Positions 25,908 to 35,392 of a DNA stretch of 64,000 nucleotides are shown piece after piece. Source of the stretch: Deltaproteobacteria bacterium (GTDB lineage: Bacteria; Desulfobacterota; Dissulfuribacteria; Dissulfuribacterales; QOAL01); contig JALWNK010000017.1 of NCBI GenBank assembly GCA_026995935.1, forward strand, positions 865 through 64,864. The letters run 5' to 3'. The position numbers were made by a program, and so were the translations under genes. Numbering within the stretch: the stretch's first letter is position 1; every line of letters starts with the position of its first letter. The notes below the pieces were generated by a model, which was not told the origin of the DNA, did not search any database, and saw only the letters and a program-made list of their open reading frames with translations.

Positions 25908-27317
25908 TCAACGCTGTGCACTTTTTGACCTGTTTTTTTCAAGGATGTCATGCCCAAGGACTCCTGCCTTACGCCTTAGATCGGACCAGGCGAGTCTGGC
26001 ATCAAATCTGGCTGCTGCCTCCTCAAGCATGGTCTCCTTGACGCTGGTATCTGCTGCAAGAAGCTCCACCATGAGGGCCAGACCGTTTGCGTAACGGTTT
26101 CTCAGGATCTTCTGGCTCTCTTTGGCCTGCCTTACCGACTCCCTGGCAACCTTTAGCTGCTTTTTGGCCGTTTCAAAACGGTAAAAGGTCTGGCGGACCT
26201 CAAGCTCGATCTGCTGTCCAATCTGCGCAAGCCTTGCAGCAGCCTTCTTCCTTTCGGCACTGGCTGCTGAAACAGAGGCCCTGTCGCCAAAGCCATTAAA
26301 GACATTCATGGATACGGTTGCCATAAGTGTCCAGGAATCGCCGCCAAAGTAGGCAAGATTCTGACGGTCCCCCTCGTAGATGCCCACCAGGTTCAGGGAT
26401 GGCAGGAAACGAAAAAGTGCCTGCCTGTGCTGGTAGTCGGCTATCTCAACCCTCTTTTTTGCCATGAAGTATTCGGGCCTGTTCCTTTTGGCCGTCTCTA
26501 TCCAGTGCTCCAGGTCATGCTCCTGCCTTGTTTCAAAATCAACAGGATTTATCCTCCACTTAAGGCCCTGATCCACACCCATGGCGTTATTAAGGGCTGC
26601 CAGGGCGATGCGAAAGTCAGACTCTGCCTTGAAAAGCTGCCTTTCAACCTTGGTTTTCTGAACAGTTGCGCTAAGAAGATCCGATTTCAGAACAAGGCCC
26701 GCCTCATAGCGCTTTCTGGCAAGTCGCTCGTGCCGTGCAGCCGTCTTGAAGGCGGAACGCAGGACCTCAACCCTCTCCTCTGCAAGAAGGGCCTGGCAGT
26801 AGGCCTGCTCAACCGTGTAAAGTACAATCTGCGCAATCTGCCTGTAGGCAAGATCCATTATGTTCTGGGCAAGCCTGGATGTCTTGTAGCCTATGTACTC
26901 CCTGCCCTGGTTGAAGATGGGCTGTTGCATGACGATCCTGTACTGCCAGTTGTCACGATAGTCAGGATTGTTGAGCCTGGTTACGTCAAAATCTGAAGGG
27001 GTAAAATCCGCCTGGTTGAGCTTGTTTGAAAACACCATGACCGGGTTGTCAGAGTGGCTGTATCCAAACTCCAGGTTCACCTTTGGAAGAAATGCGCTTA
27101 TGGCCCTATTTACTTGGGCACTTGCCTTCTGGGTGGATGCCTGGGCCTGAAGCATCATTGGATTTTTTTCAAGGGCTGTTTCAAAGGCTGAGTGAAGGGT
27201 CAGGGGCCTTGGGGAATCACCATTATCTCCAAGAACCTTCATGGGATGAAAAATTATCAAAACAAAAAGGGTAAGAAGCAGCAGTTTTACCCTGCTATGA
27301 TTTATCTGGCTAACCAT
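25908..27317 (-). CDS. TolC-family outer membrane efflux protein
   Basis: 469 aa with a signal peptide and two OEP repeats carrying long helical segments (LTLHSAFETALEKNPMM...; YEAGLVLKSDLLSA; YANGLALMVELLAA). Confidence 0.9.
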   Translation of the reverse strand: MVSQINHSRVKLLLLTLFVLIIFHPMKVLGDNGDSPRPLTLHSAFETALEKNPMMLQAQASTQKASAQVNRAISAFLPKVNLEFGYSHSDNPVMVFSNKLNQADFTPSDFDVTRLNNPDYRDNWQYRIVMQQPIFNQGREYIGYKTSRLAQNIMDLAYRQIAQIVLYTVEQAYCQALLAEERVEVLRSAFKTAARHERLARKRYEAGLVLKSDLLSATVQKTKVERQLFKAESDFRIALAALNNAMGVDQGLKWRINPVDFETRQEHDLEHWIETAKRNRPEYFMAKKRVEIADYQHRQALFRFLPSLNLVGIYEGDRQNLAYFGGDSWTLMATVSMNVFNGFGDRASVSAASAERKKAAARLAQIGQQIELEVRQTFYRFETAKKQLKVARESVRQAKESQKILRNRYANGLALMVELLAADTSVKETMLEEAAARFDARLAWSDLRRKAGVLGHDILEKNRSKSAQR

Positions 27318-27520
27318 ACTATATTGATTTTTTGTCTATAATGATTTTCTGTCCCAGGACCATGAAGCCTGATAATTTAAAGCTACTTTAAAAAACGAAA
27401 CGAGCAATTAACAAGCAAGATCAGTTCCTTTTACCCAAAAACAATGACAGGACTGGCTTCCATCTAGAGGGCTATAATAAAGGATAGCGCGATTTTGGCA
27501 ATAACAAAGAAGGAAACGGC

Positions 27521-28825
27521 ATGGACAAAAGCATGAACAGGGAACTTGGCAGGGTGTCTTCCATGATCAGCCAGGGAAGATACGAGGAAGCTGCAGCAAT
27601 TCTTGAAAAGATATTGAAAGAAGAGGCAGAAAGCCCAAAGCTCTTGGGCCTTCTTGGGGCCATACGGATGGAACAGGGGAATTTTGACGAGGCTGTTGCG
27701 CTTTTTGGCAGGGTGCTTGAGCACATGCCCGGACACGTGCCCACGCTGTACAACCTTGCCCGCACGCTTCACCTTGCTGGCAGGAAGGAGGAGGCAAAGA
27801 GGCTATATGAGGAGCTTATTGAGATATCTCCTTCATTTTTCCATGCCTGGAACAATTTGGGGCTGATTCTTAGCGAAATGGGCCGGCTTAAAGAGGCGGA
27901 AAAGGTGCTTAAAAGGGCGGTTGAAATTGCGCCAGACCACGCCACCTCTGCTAACAACCTTGCGGTTGTCCTCGAGGGGCTTGGAAGGTTTCATGAGGCC
28001 AGGAAAATGTTTGAAAGGGCAAAAAGGCTTGATAAAGGCTACTTTTCTGCCCGATTCAACCTGGGATGCCTCCTTTTCAGGCTTGGCAGGTACGAAGAGG
28101 CGGAAAGGGAGCTTGAGTGGGTCCTGTCCATCAAAGATGATGAGCCCACGGCAAGGTTTCTCCTTCAAAGCATGGGGCGAATGGATATGCCAGAACGGGC
28201 CCCTACCCAGTACGTAAGAAGGACCTTTGACCACTGGGCCGTGCAGTTTGAGGAAAAACTTGTTGATGAACTTGGCTACGAAACCCCTGAAAAACTCTTT
28301 GATTTCCTACGGGAATTTCTTTTTGAAAAGATGGACATCATGGATCTTGGCTGTGGAACAGGTCTTGGTGCAGACCTTTACAGGCCCTTTGCCTCCTGTC
28401 TTTCCGGCATGGACTGCTCTAGAAAGATGCTTGAAAAGGCCAAGGCAAAGGACGTCTATGACAAACTTTACCTGCACGACATTGTGGAGCCCTGGCCTCC
28501 TGACAGGAAGTTTCACCTCATATATAGCTCTGACTGTCTCTGCTACTTTGGAAACCTCGGACCTGTATTTAAAAGAGTAAGGGAATCACTGGTGTCTGGG
28601 GCCGTCTTTGGATTTTCCGTTGAACGGCAATTAAAAAGCGACGGGAGTGAAAAGGGTTACATCCTGGGGAAAAGTGGCAGGTATCGCCACTCGGCAGAAT
28701 ATGTAACAAGAATGCTTGAGAAAACTGGGTTAAAGCCCGTAAAACAGCAGACGGTGACACTTAGAAAAGAGGCAGGAAAACCAGTAGAGGGCCTTTTGTT
28801 TGCGGCAAAAATGCCCAAGGATTAA
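27521..28825 (+). CDS. TPR-repeat protein fused to a class I SAM-dependent methyltransferase domain
   Basis: The N-terminal ~210 aa holds several TPR units (AWNNLGLILSEMGRLKEAEKVLKRAVEIAPDH and others). The C-terminal part has SAM motif I (IMDLGCGTGLG). Confidence 0.8.
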   Translation: MDKSMNRELGRVSSMISQGRYEEAAAILEKILKEEAESPKLLGLLGAIRMEQGNFDEAVALFGRVLEHMPGHVPTLYNLARTLHLAGRKEEAKRLYEELIEISPSFFHAWNNLGLILSEMGRLKEAEKVLKRAVEIAPDHATSANNLAVVLEGLGRFHEARKMFERAKRLDKGYFSARFNLGCLLFRLGRYEEAERELEWVLSIKDDEPTARFLLQSMGRMDMPERAPTQYVRRTFDHWAVQFEEKLVDELGYETPEKLFDFLREFLFEKMDIMDLGCGTGLGADLYRPFASCLSGMDCSRKMLEKAKAKDVYDKLYLHDIVEPWPPDRKFHLIYSSDCLCYFGNLGPVFKRVRESLVSGAVFGFSVERQLKSDGSEKGYILGKSGRYRHSAEYVTRMLEKTGLKPVKQQTVTLRKEAGKPVEGLLFAAKMPKD

Positions 28826-28838
28826 GCAAAAAGAAGGC

Positions 28839-29279
28839 TCATGCAGCCTTCCAGTTCTTCCAAAATATCCTGCTTGAGGCAAAAAGGGCCGCTCCAATAG
28901 CGATATAAACACTCCAGACAAGGGACCTGTTAAGGGGGCTTTTTCTCAAAATTATGCCCAGCATTATCATGCCTCCAATAAGAAACCAGCTTTTAAGGGG
29001 CATAAAGCCAAAGAGGCACGATGGATCTTGCCGCTCCTTTATCCTGTGGATTATCCTGGTGGCAGTCTTCTCCAGCACCATCTTGGCCTTTAAAAGACCT
29101 GCTGCAAGGGCGATTCCCACCCAGAGAAGCTTGTATTCGTCCTGGACATTTACGATATTTAGCAGCCCGCGGGCAAAGAGAAATATCCCCACCCCGGACC
29201 ACATCAAGGCTGCCGTCAGCATCTGGGTCCTTAGACAGGCAAGGGGAGTAAATTTTCCAAAAGTGTTGTGCCTTTTCAT
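28839..29279 (-). CDS. Small integral membrane protein, unknown function
   Basis: 146 aa with about four predicted TM helices. No family recognised. Confidence 0.55.
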   Translation of the reverse strand: MKRHNTFGKFTPLACLRTQMLTAALMWSGVGIFLFARGLLNIVNVQDEYKLLWVGIALAAGLLKAKMVLEKTATRIIHRIKERQDPSCLFGFMPLKSWFLIGGMIMLGIILRKSPLNRSLVWSVYIAIGAALFASSRIFWKNWKAA

Positions 29280-29325
29280 TCCTCACTCAGCTTAAGTTCT
29301 TAAATATCCAGAGTCAATGTCAACA

Positions 29326-29380
29326 GGATAAAAAATAAGGGCTGCTTGCGGAGGGGGAATGAGGGGAAACAAGCAGCCCT
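29326..29380 (-). terminator. Rho-independent terminator after the 126-aa gene
   Basis: Perfect 11-bp stem AGGGCTGCTTG/CAAGCAGCCCT (29338-29348 and 29370-29380), followed on the minus strand by TATTTTTTAT. The loop is unusually large (21 nt). Confidence 0.6.
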
Positions 29381-29428
29381 AAAGGGAGGAAGGAATTGGA
29401 GTTATATTGAAAGGAGGAGTTTAAATCA

Positions 29429-29809
29429 TTACTCAACTGGAGGGCCAGAAAGCACCTCAGAAAGCCATTTTTTAAGCTCTTTTGTTGGGTTATAGACACC
29501 CACGCCAGCCTTTTTTCCGCCCTCTTCAATGGACCTGAAGAAAAGTTCTTCATCCACAGGAATCTTTGCAAGCTCTTCAACTTCCTTTGAATCACGCCTG
29601 AGCAGCGTAACCTGCGGAGGAGACTCCCAGTCATAGATGACAAAGTAATAGGACTCGTCCTCACCGCTTCTGACAAAATCATTTCCCCGTGTCCAACCTG
29701 CACCCCACTCGAGGTACATATCCACGGCCTTTTCTGGGGTCATTTCCCAATCAATCTTGTCAATTATATCTCTTCTTTGTCTGAGTTCCTCAAGCCCCAT
29801 AGCCATCAT
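29429..29809 (-). CDS. Conserved-looking acidic 126-aa cytoplasmic protein, unknown function
   Basis: The ATGATG start (first ATG at 29809) is preceded by AGGAGG. The gene is flanked by its own near-consensus promoter and a terminator. Sequence DWEMTPEKAVDMYLEWGAGWTRGNDFV...YYFVIYDWESPP; no family recognised. Confidence 0.7.
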   Translation of the reverse strand: MMAMGLEELRQRRDIIDKIDWEMTPEKAVDMYLEWGAGWTRGNDFVRSGEDESYYFVIYDWESPPQVTLLRRDSKEVEELAKIPVDEELFFRSIEEGGKKAGVGVYNPTKELKKWLSEVLSGPPVE

Positions 29810-29869
29810 GCCCTGGCCTCCTTTGTTAAATTTGCTCAATAATTTTTAAGGAACTTTCCATTTTATTTG

Positions 29870-29897
29870 ATATTAACTAAAAAAGATTTTTTGTCAA
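29870..29897 (-). promoter_or_regulatory. Near-consensus sigma-70 promoter
   Basis: The minus strand reads TTGACA-N16-TAATAT, about 55 nt upstream of ATG 29809. Confidence 0.55.
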
Positions 29898-29930
29898 GAG
29901 TTTTGGGATTTTTTTTGTCTAATTTATTCT

Positions 29931-29959
29931 AAAAAAGAACGCAGCATCACGCTGCGTCT
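29931..29959 (-). terminator. Rho-independent terminator after the YkgJ-family gene
   Basis: Minus-strand GACGCAGC-GTGAT-GCTGCGTT(C) stem-loop followed by TTTTTT. Confidence 0.7.
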
Positions 29960-29985
29960 TAAACAGTGGGCTTGTAAATGGAAAA

Positions 29986-30792
29986 TCAATCCACCTCTAC
30001 CTGATCAGCCTCTACTACCTGCTCAACGAGCTCAAGGCGTCCTGCCCCAAAAAGCGTGGTCATGAGCCAGTCATAACCGAGGTGAAGCAGGGCAACGTCA
30101 TCTTCTTTAATCTCTTGAACCCTTTTCTCTGGTATCCTGTAAATCTTCAGAAAATTACTCTTTAGGACAAAGCGCCTGAAGGCATCCAGGTTATAGCAGG
30201 CCATGAAAAACATCTGGAGAGTCTTTTCTGGTATCTCCACAAAGGGCCCCAGGCTCTTTCTCCTAAGAATTATCTCAACCCAGCCCTTGTTTATGTCATC
30301 ATAGGGCGGAATCCCTTGATTCTCCCGCCACTGGGCAATGGTCATCTCCTGGCCAAGATCGTGCCCAAGGCAGTGACCTTCCCTTATGAGGGCAAAAAAG
30401 CTCTCGTTATCAGAAAGATCAAAATTGTGAAAAAGGCCGGCAGCAATTGGGTAATAACGGCAGGATACGGGCCTGTCCTCATATACGCTGCAACCTTCCT
30501 CGCCAAGGAATGGACACGCGTTATTCTTTTCCTCAACAAGCTTTATCATGGGCACTGGAAGGTCCGATGCCTCCACCTTGCCGGGGGTGGTATAGGCCAG
30601 AAGAAACTCATCAGATGGCATACCCAGACGATTTTTGAGCCTTATGATGTCGTAGGGGGTAAGAAAGGTGGAATTATTGTGGCAGCACTTGGTAAAACAG
30701 GCAAGCTCCTTGTCACACTGGAAACATATTGTGCTGTCTAAATCAAGCCTTACAGGCACTATTGGTTTTTCAACATCTTTCGGTGCGTACAT
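29986..30792 (-). CDS. YkgJ-family (CxxCxxCC, UPF0153) cysteine-cluster protein, long form
   Basis: 268 aa. CFQCDKELACFTKCCHN, then TPYDIIRL and ACPFLGEEGCSVYEDRPVSCRYYP are typical of the putative Fe-S/zinc-chelating YkgJ family. Confidence 0.8.
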   Translation of the reverse strand: MYAPKDVEKPIVPVRLDLDSTICFQCDKELACFTKCCHNNSTFLTPYDIIRLKNRLGMPSDEFLLAYTTPGKVEASDLPVPMIKLVEEKNNACPFLGEEGCSVYEDRPVSCRYYPIAAGLFHNFDLSDNESFFALIREGHCLGHDLGQEMTIAQWRENQGIPPYDDINKGWVEIILRRKSLGPFVEIPEKTLQMFFMACYNLDAFRRFVLKSNFLKIYRIPEKRVQEIKEDDVALLHLGYDWLMTTLFGAGRLELVEQVVEADQVEVD

Positions 30793-30914
30793 ATGGATAA
30801 CCCCTCTGGTCTTTTGATTTTAACTCTTTTAATATAAACCTAATTCAGTTTCTCAACAAAAGAAACCACCTTGTTTTTTGCACTCTGTTGATCGTTGATT
30901 CTCAAGGAGAAGGG

Positions 30915-31775
30915 ATGAAAAAATTCCAAGTGGCCGTTGTCACAGGGGCCATAAAAGGCATTGGCCTTGCCATTGCAAAGTGTCTGTTAAAAAGAGGGGT
31001 TAAATGTATTGTAACCTACTATGACTGGCTTGATGACCTTGAGGCTATGCACACGCGCCTTTCAGCCACTGGAACCGATTACAGGGCCATTCAGGCAGAT
31101 TTAAGGACAGAAGCTGGTGCAAGGGATACTGTAGGCGCAGCCATTGAGACCTTTGGAAGGCTGGATATCCTCATCAACAACATAGAAAGGGGCGGCTGGC
31201 CCGTGGTTCATGGCCCTTACACCCAGGAGCAATGGGACCTTGAATTCCAGACCACGGTTACTGCCAAGTGGCACCTTTTTAACAGTGCGCTCCCACATCT
31301 AAAAAAATCTTCCTCAGGTTGTGTGGTAAATATCACCTCCATCTCTGGAATCACCGGAAGGATCGGCCCTGCCGGACTCGTATTTAATGACTGTTACAGC
31401 CTTTCAAACAGGGCCGTCGGGCTTTTGACAGAGCAGTGGGCCAGAATGGGGGCTCCAAATGTGCGGGTGAACGAGCTGATGCTCGGATTCATGGAGACAA
31501 GGCACGGGCCTGGAACAAGGGGCTGGGGAGTGCTGTCTGAAGAGCAAAAAAAGGCCCTGATCAACCACGCACTTCTCAAAAGAACAGGCACGCTTGACGA
31601 TGTAACGAGGGCCGTTGAATTTCTTGTATTCAACTCACCCTTTATGACCGGCACCAGAATCGTACTTGACGGAGGCTACCTCCTTGGGGGAGAAGGGGTG
31701 CCTAGAATGCCAAAAGGGGTGGTTGAACCTGGAGAATCCGTTTTTGGTGGCTCTAAGCCTCCAAAAGGGTCCTGA
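30915..31775 (+). CDS. Short-chain dehydrogenase/reductase (SDR) family oxidoreductase
   Basis: VAVVTGAIKGIGLAIAK (TGxxxGIG), NNIE, and a putative YxxxN/K region (YSLSNRA). ATG 30915 follows AAGGAGAAGGG. Confidence 0.8.
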   Translation: MKKFQVAVVTGAIKGIGLAIAKCLLKRGVKCIVTYYDWLDDLEAMHTRLSATGTDYRAIQADLRTEAGARDTVGAAIETFGRLDILINNIERGGWPVVHGPYTQEQWDLEFQTTVTAKWHLFNSALPHLKKSSSGCVVNITSISGITGRIGPAGLVFNDCYSLSNRAVGLLTEQWARMGAPNVRVNELMLGFMETRHGPGTRGWGVLSEEQKKALINHALLKRTGTLDDVTRAVEFLVFNSPFMTGTRIVLDGGYLLGGEGVPRMPKGVVEPGESVFGGSKPPKGS

Positions 31776-31808
31776 AGCTGCCTCCTTGAGAAACCGTGAT
31801 AAAAGGGC

Positions 31809-34800
31809 ATGAAAAGAGACAATAAACAAACCCGCCAGAGACTTATCCTGATCTTTTCTGTCTTCATCCTGACTGCCCTCTTTCTGCCTCAGGCCCTGTC
31901 TGGGGCAGTACAATCTGAAGCGATCAACCTTGCCACCGCAGGGGATGAACTCTTTCTTGGCCCTCATATTCGCTACCTCGAAGACGAAAGGGGAACCCTT
32001 GACATCTTAGAAGTAGCAAGTCCAAATACTGCCTGGAAGTTTAAAAGATGCAAAAGGATTTCACCAGGCTTTGGGTTTACCTCCTCTGTTTTCTGGTTCA
32101 GGTTTACCCTCTACAATCCCGGCTCCAAGACGCTTACACGTTTTCTTGAGATAGAATATCCACTCCTTGACCACATTGACCTCTACGCACCAGATGGCAA
32201 GGGAGACTACAAGATTTACAGACAGGGGGACAGACAGGTCTTTTTCAAAAGGCCCATAAAATACAGAAACTTCGTCTTTATCCTGAAAGTGCCGCCCCAA
32301 AAACGCCTGGACTACTTTTTAAGGGTAAAGACATCCAGCTCCCTTAACCTTCCTGCACGGCTTTACACCCAGGCCGGATTCATGAACAAGATCGAAAACG
32401 AAGAAACGGCTCTTGGCATATACTTTGGGATACTTTTTGCCATGCTGGCATACAACCTGATCCTCTTTTTTACCATAAGGGAGTCCGTTTACCTCTTCTA
32501 CGTACTTTTCGTTATCTTTAATTTCCTTTTTCAGCTCGATCTTACAGGGGTTGCCTTTAAGTACCTTTGGCCAAACAACGTTGTATGGGCCAACAGAAGC
32601 CTGCCCTTTTTCATTTTGATATCGTATTCTTTCGGCACCATATTCACCAGGCAGATCATAAATTCCAGGCAGTACGCCCCCATTTTGGACAGGATCCTTT
32701 CTGTGCTCACGGTGGTTTCCCTGCTCTTTAGCGGCCTCTGCCTGGTTATTCCCTACGATATAAGCATCAAGGCCGCCACCCTCCTTGCAATGACTGTGGT
32801 AATCCATATCCTGGCAGGCTTTCTATGTCTCTTTAGGGGCTACCGGCCAGCCAGGTATTATGCCCTGGCCTGGTCCATATCCATGGCGGGGGCGGCAATA
32901 TATGCCCTAAAGTCCTTTGGCATTCTTCCCAACAACTTCTTGACGGTTTGGGGCATACAGATTGGTTCGGCATGGGAGGTCATACTCCTTTCCATGGCCC
33001 TTAGCGACAGGCTTGCCCTGCTTCAAAAGGAAAAGGACCTGATTCAGACAGAGTACACGCGAAAGCTCGAAGAGGCCAACCTGCGTCTTGAAGAGTTTGC
33101 AAAGACCCTGGAGGAAAAGGTCATGCAAAGGACTCTTGAGCTTGAAAGGTCAAACAGGCTACTGCAGAAACAGGCAGAAGAGATGCGGCTTGCAGAAGAA
33201 AGGGCCGAAAGGGCAAGCAAGGCAAAATCGGACTTCCTGGCCAACATGAGCCATGAGATAAGAACCCCTCTTAACGCCATCACGGGCATTACCGCACTTG
33301 CCCTTGACATGGACCTTCCTGAAAAGCTCAGGGGCTACCTCAACATCATCCAGGTCTCGGCCAACTCCCTCCTTAATCTGGTTAGCGACATACTCGATTT
33401 TTCAAAGATAGAGGCCGGCAGAATGGAGCTTGAAGAGACAGACTTTCAGCTACTAGATATCTTTGAAAATATTGCTGACATGTTCACTGAGATGGCATCT
33501 GAAAAGTCCATTGATTTCATAATAGATGTTGACAGCAGGGTACCAGAGCGTCTTGTTGGTGATCCAATCCGCCTGGGGCAGCTTCTTACCAACCTGGTCT
33601 CTAACGCCATGAAATTTACAGAAAAGGGCAGCGTGATCCTTTCCTGCAATCTTTTGTCCGAGGCCCCTGGCTCTGTACGCCTCTCTTTCAAGGTCTCAGA
33701 CACTGGCATAGGCATTGGCAAGGACAAACTCGGCTACCTCTTTGACATGTTCACCCAGGCAGATTCCTCCACCACCAGACGTTTTGGGGGAACAGGTCTT
33801 GGCCTGACTATCTGCAAAAGGATAGCTACCCTCATGGGAGGAACCATAGGAGTAGAAAGCGAACCTGCAAAGGGTACCACTTTTACCTTTGACGTGGAGA
33901 TGCAAAAATCAGAAAACGGGGCTGGTGAAGACCTGATTCTGAAGGAGGATTTCCTTACTGACCTGAGATTGTACTTATTTTCGAGAAACCAGACACTTAC
34001 CCATGCCCTTGAAAACATCATTAAAAGGCTTTCAATCCGGGACTTCCGACTGTTCGCTCCTGGCGAGCTTGAGGTCATGACCAGCGAAACTGCACCTTCA
34101 AAAAGGACGTGCTTTTTGGTTGACATTACTCAAGACGAGCTTGAACACGTTTGCTCCGTGGTTTCTGCCAATTGCGACAAGAAATTTCTCCTGTTTATCC
34201 CCTTTGGATTACAGGAACGGATAAGTTCCTGTGCAGACAACCATCTCCTTTCCCTATGTTTAAAACCCGTTACGATTTCCAGACTTACAAAGGGGCTAAG
34301 GCGTCTACTGACACCAGAAGAACAGAATGAAGCCAAGACCAAAGATACACAGGGACTAAGATTAAGGGATACCAGGATACTGGTTGTGGAAGACAATGAA
34401 ATAAACCAGATGGTCGCCAAGGAGATACTGGAAAAATTTGGGACCGCGGTGGAATTCGCATCAAACGGGCTTGAAGCAATAGAGAAGGCCTCTCCTGTCT
34501 TTGATTTGATATTTATGGACATACAGATGCCAGATATGGACGGATATGAGGCAACCAAAGTGCTCAGAAAGAATGAAGACCTGAAAGAAACGCCCATCAT
34601 AGCCATGACGGCAGGGGTCTTTAAGGAGGACAGGCAGAGGTGCTTTGAGGCCGGGATGGATGATTTTGTAATGAAGCCTGTCACCCCGGAGTCCGTGGCA
34701 AATGTCCTTAGAAAGTGGATAGATCCTGACAAAATAATGCAGGAAACCCGGCCTGAAATTCATGAGACCAGTGACTTTCCGTCCATTTCAGGAGTGGATA

Positions 34801-35369
34801 TGATTGAGGCCCAAAGGCGATTTGGCTCAAATCCCAGGCTTTTTATTGAACTTTTACACAAGTTTGTTTCAGAACAAAGGGACATTTCTGAAAAAATCAG
34901 GCCATTTTTAGATAGAGAAAATGGGATCGAAAGACTAGAGAGGCTTTTTCATACCCAAAAGGGCGTAAGCGCAAACCTCGCCCTTAACGAGCTGAGAGAC
35001 CTTTTTCTCAAGGCGGAAAAGGCCGCAAAGGCGCGTAATGAGGGGCTTAAAGATATCATTTACGAGATAGAAAAACACATAAAAGCCCTTGAAAAGGCGC
35101 TTTCCAATATCGAAGGGCCCACTGAGACACGTCAAGAGACCCAGAAAGAGGCCCAGGCCAGCCATAATGAACTCAAAAAACTTCTCCTTAAACTTGACGA
35201 ACTTCTCGAATTAAACGATATTGAATGCGAAGATATATGGAGAAAAGTCAAGGGGAAATTAGAAGGCACAATATCTGACCAGGAGATTTCTCAGCTGGAA
35301 AACCTCATTGAAGACCTGGAATTTGAGGCTGCAAGAGACCACCTGGCTCAAATAAGATCCAAAATCTGA
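31809..35369 (+). CDS. Hybrid sensor histidine kinase: 7TMR-DISMED2 + 7TMR-DISM 7TM + HisKA + HATPase_c + degenerate REC + REC + HPt
   Basis: 1186 aa. Signal peptide; periplasmic DISMED2-like region ([12 protein letters not shown]...LLDHIDLY); seven TM helices; coiled coil; H-box SHEIRTPLN; N/G boxes ([23 protein letters not shown]); receiver [11 protein letters not shown]...[12 protein letters not shown]...KP; HPt [10 protein letters not shown]. Confidence 0.9.
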   Translation: MKRDNKQTRQRLILIFSVFILTALFLPQALSGAVQSEAINLATAGDELFLGPHIRYLEDERGTLDILEVASPNTAWKFKRCKRISPGFGFTSSVFWFRFTLYNPGSKTLTRFLEIEYPLLDHIDLYAPDGKGDYKIYRQGDRQVFFKRPIKYRNFVFILKVPPQKRLDYFLRVKTSSSLNLPARLYTQAGFMNKIENEETALGIYFGILFAMLAYNLILFFTIRESVYLFYVLFVIFNFLFQLDLTGVAFKYLWPNNVVWANRSLPFFILISYSFGTIFTRQIINSRQYAPILDRILSVLTVVSLLFSGLCLVIPYDISIKAATLLAMTVVIHILAGFLCLFRGYRPARYYALAWSISMAGAAIYALKSFGILPNNFLTVWGIQIGSAWEVILLSMALSDRLALLQKEKDLIQTEYTRKLEEANLRLEEFAKTLEEKVMQRTLELERSNRLLQKQAEEMRLAEERAERASKAKSDFLANMSHEIRTPLNAITGITALALDMDLPEKLRGYLNIIQVSANSLLNLVSDILDFSKIEAGRMELEETDFQLLDIFENIADMFTEMASEKSIDFIIDVDSRVPERLVGDPIRLGQLLTNLVSNAMKFTEKGSVILSCNLLSEAPGSVRLSFKVSDTGIGIGKDKLGYLFDMFTQADSSTTRRFGGTGLGLTICKRIATLMGGTIGVESEPAKGTTFTFDVEMQKSENGAGEDLILKEDFLTDLRLYLFSRNQTLTHALENIIKRLSIRDFRLFAPGELEVMTSETAPSKRTCFLVDITQDELEHVCSVVSANCDKKFLLFIPFGLQERISSCADNHLLSLCLKPVTISRLTKGLRRLLTPEEQNEAKTKDTQGLRLRDTRILVVEDNEINQMVAKEILEKFGTAVEFASNGLEAIEKASPVFDLIFMDIQMPDMDGYEATKVLRKNEDLKETPIIAMTAGVFKEDRQRCFEAGMDDFVMKPVTPESVANVLRKWIDPDKIMQETRPEIHETSDFPSISGVDMIEAQRRFGSNPRLFIELLHKFVSEQRDISEKIRPFLDRENGIERLERLFHTQKGVSANLALNELRDLFLKAEKAAKARNEGLKDIIYEIEKHIKALEKALSNIEGPTETRQETQKEAQASHNELKKLLLKLDELLELNDIECEDIWRKVKGKLEGTISDQEISQLENLIEDLEFEAARDHLAQIRSKI

Positions 35370-35392
35370 CACTAAATCTGGGGGTGTAAGCC

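Noticed and set aside
29320-29703. 127-aa minus-strand ORF overlapping the 126-aa gene in another frame
   Set aside because: It spans the terminator hairpin, has no RBS, and is out of frame with the well-signalled 29429-29809 gene.
34130-34732. 200-aa minus-strand ORF (and other 60-160-aa ORFs between 32061 and 35505) inside the hybrid kinase genes
   Set aside because: Antisense to kinase domains with canonical H/N/G/REC motifs, with no start signals.
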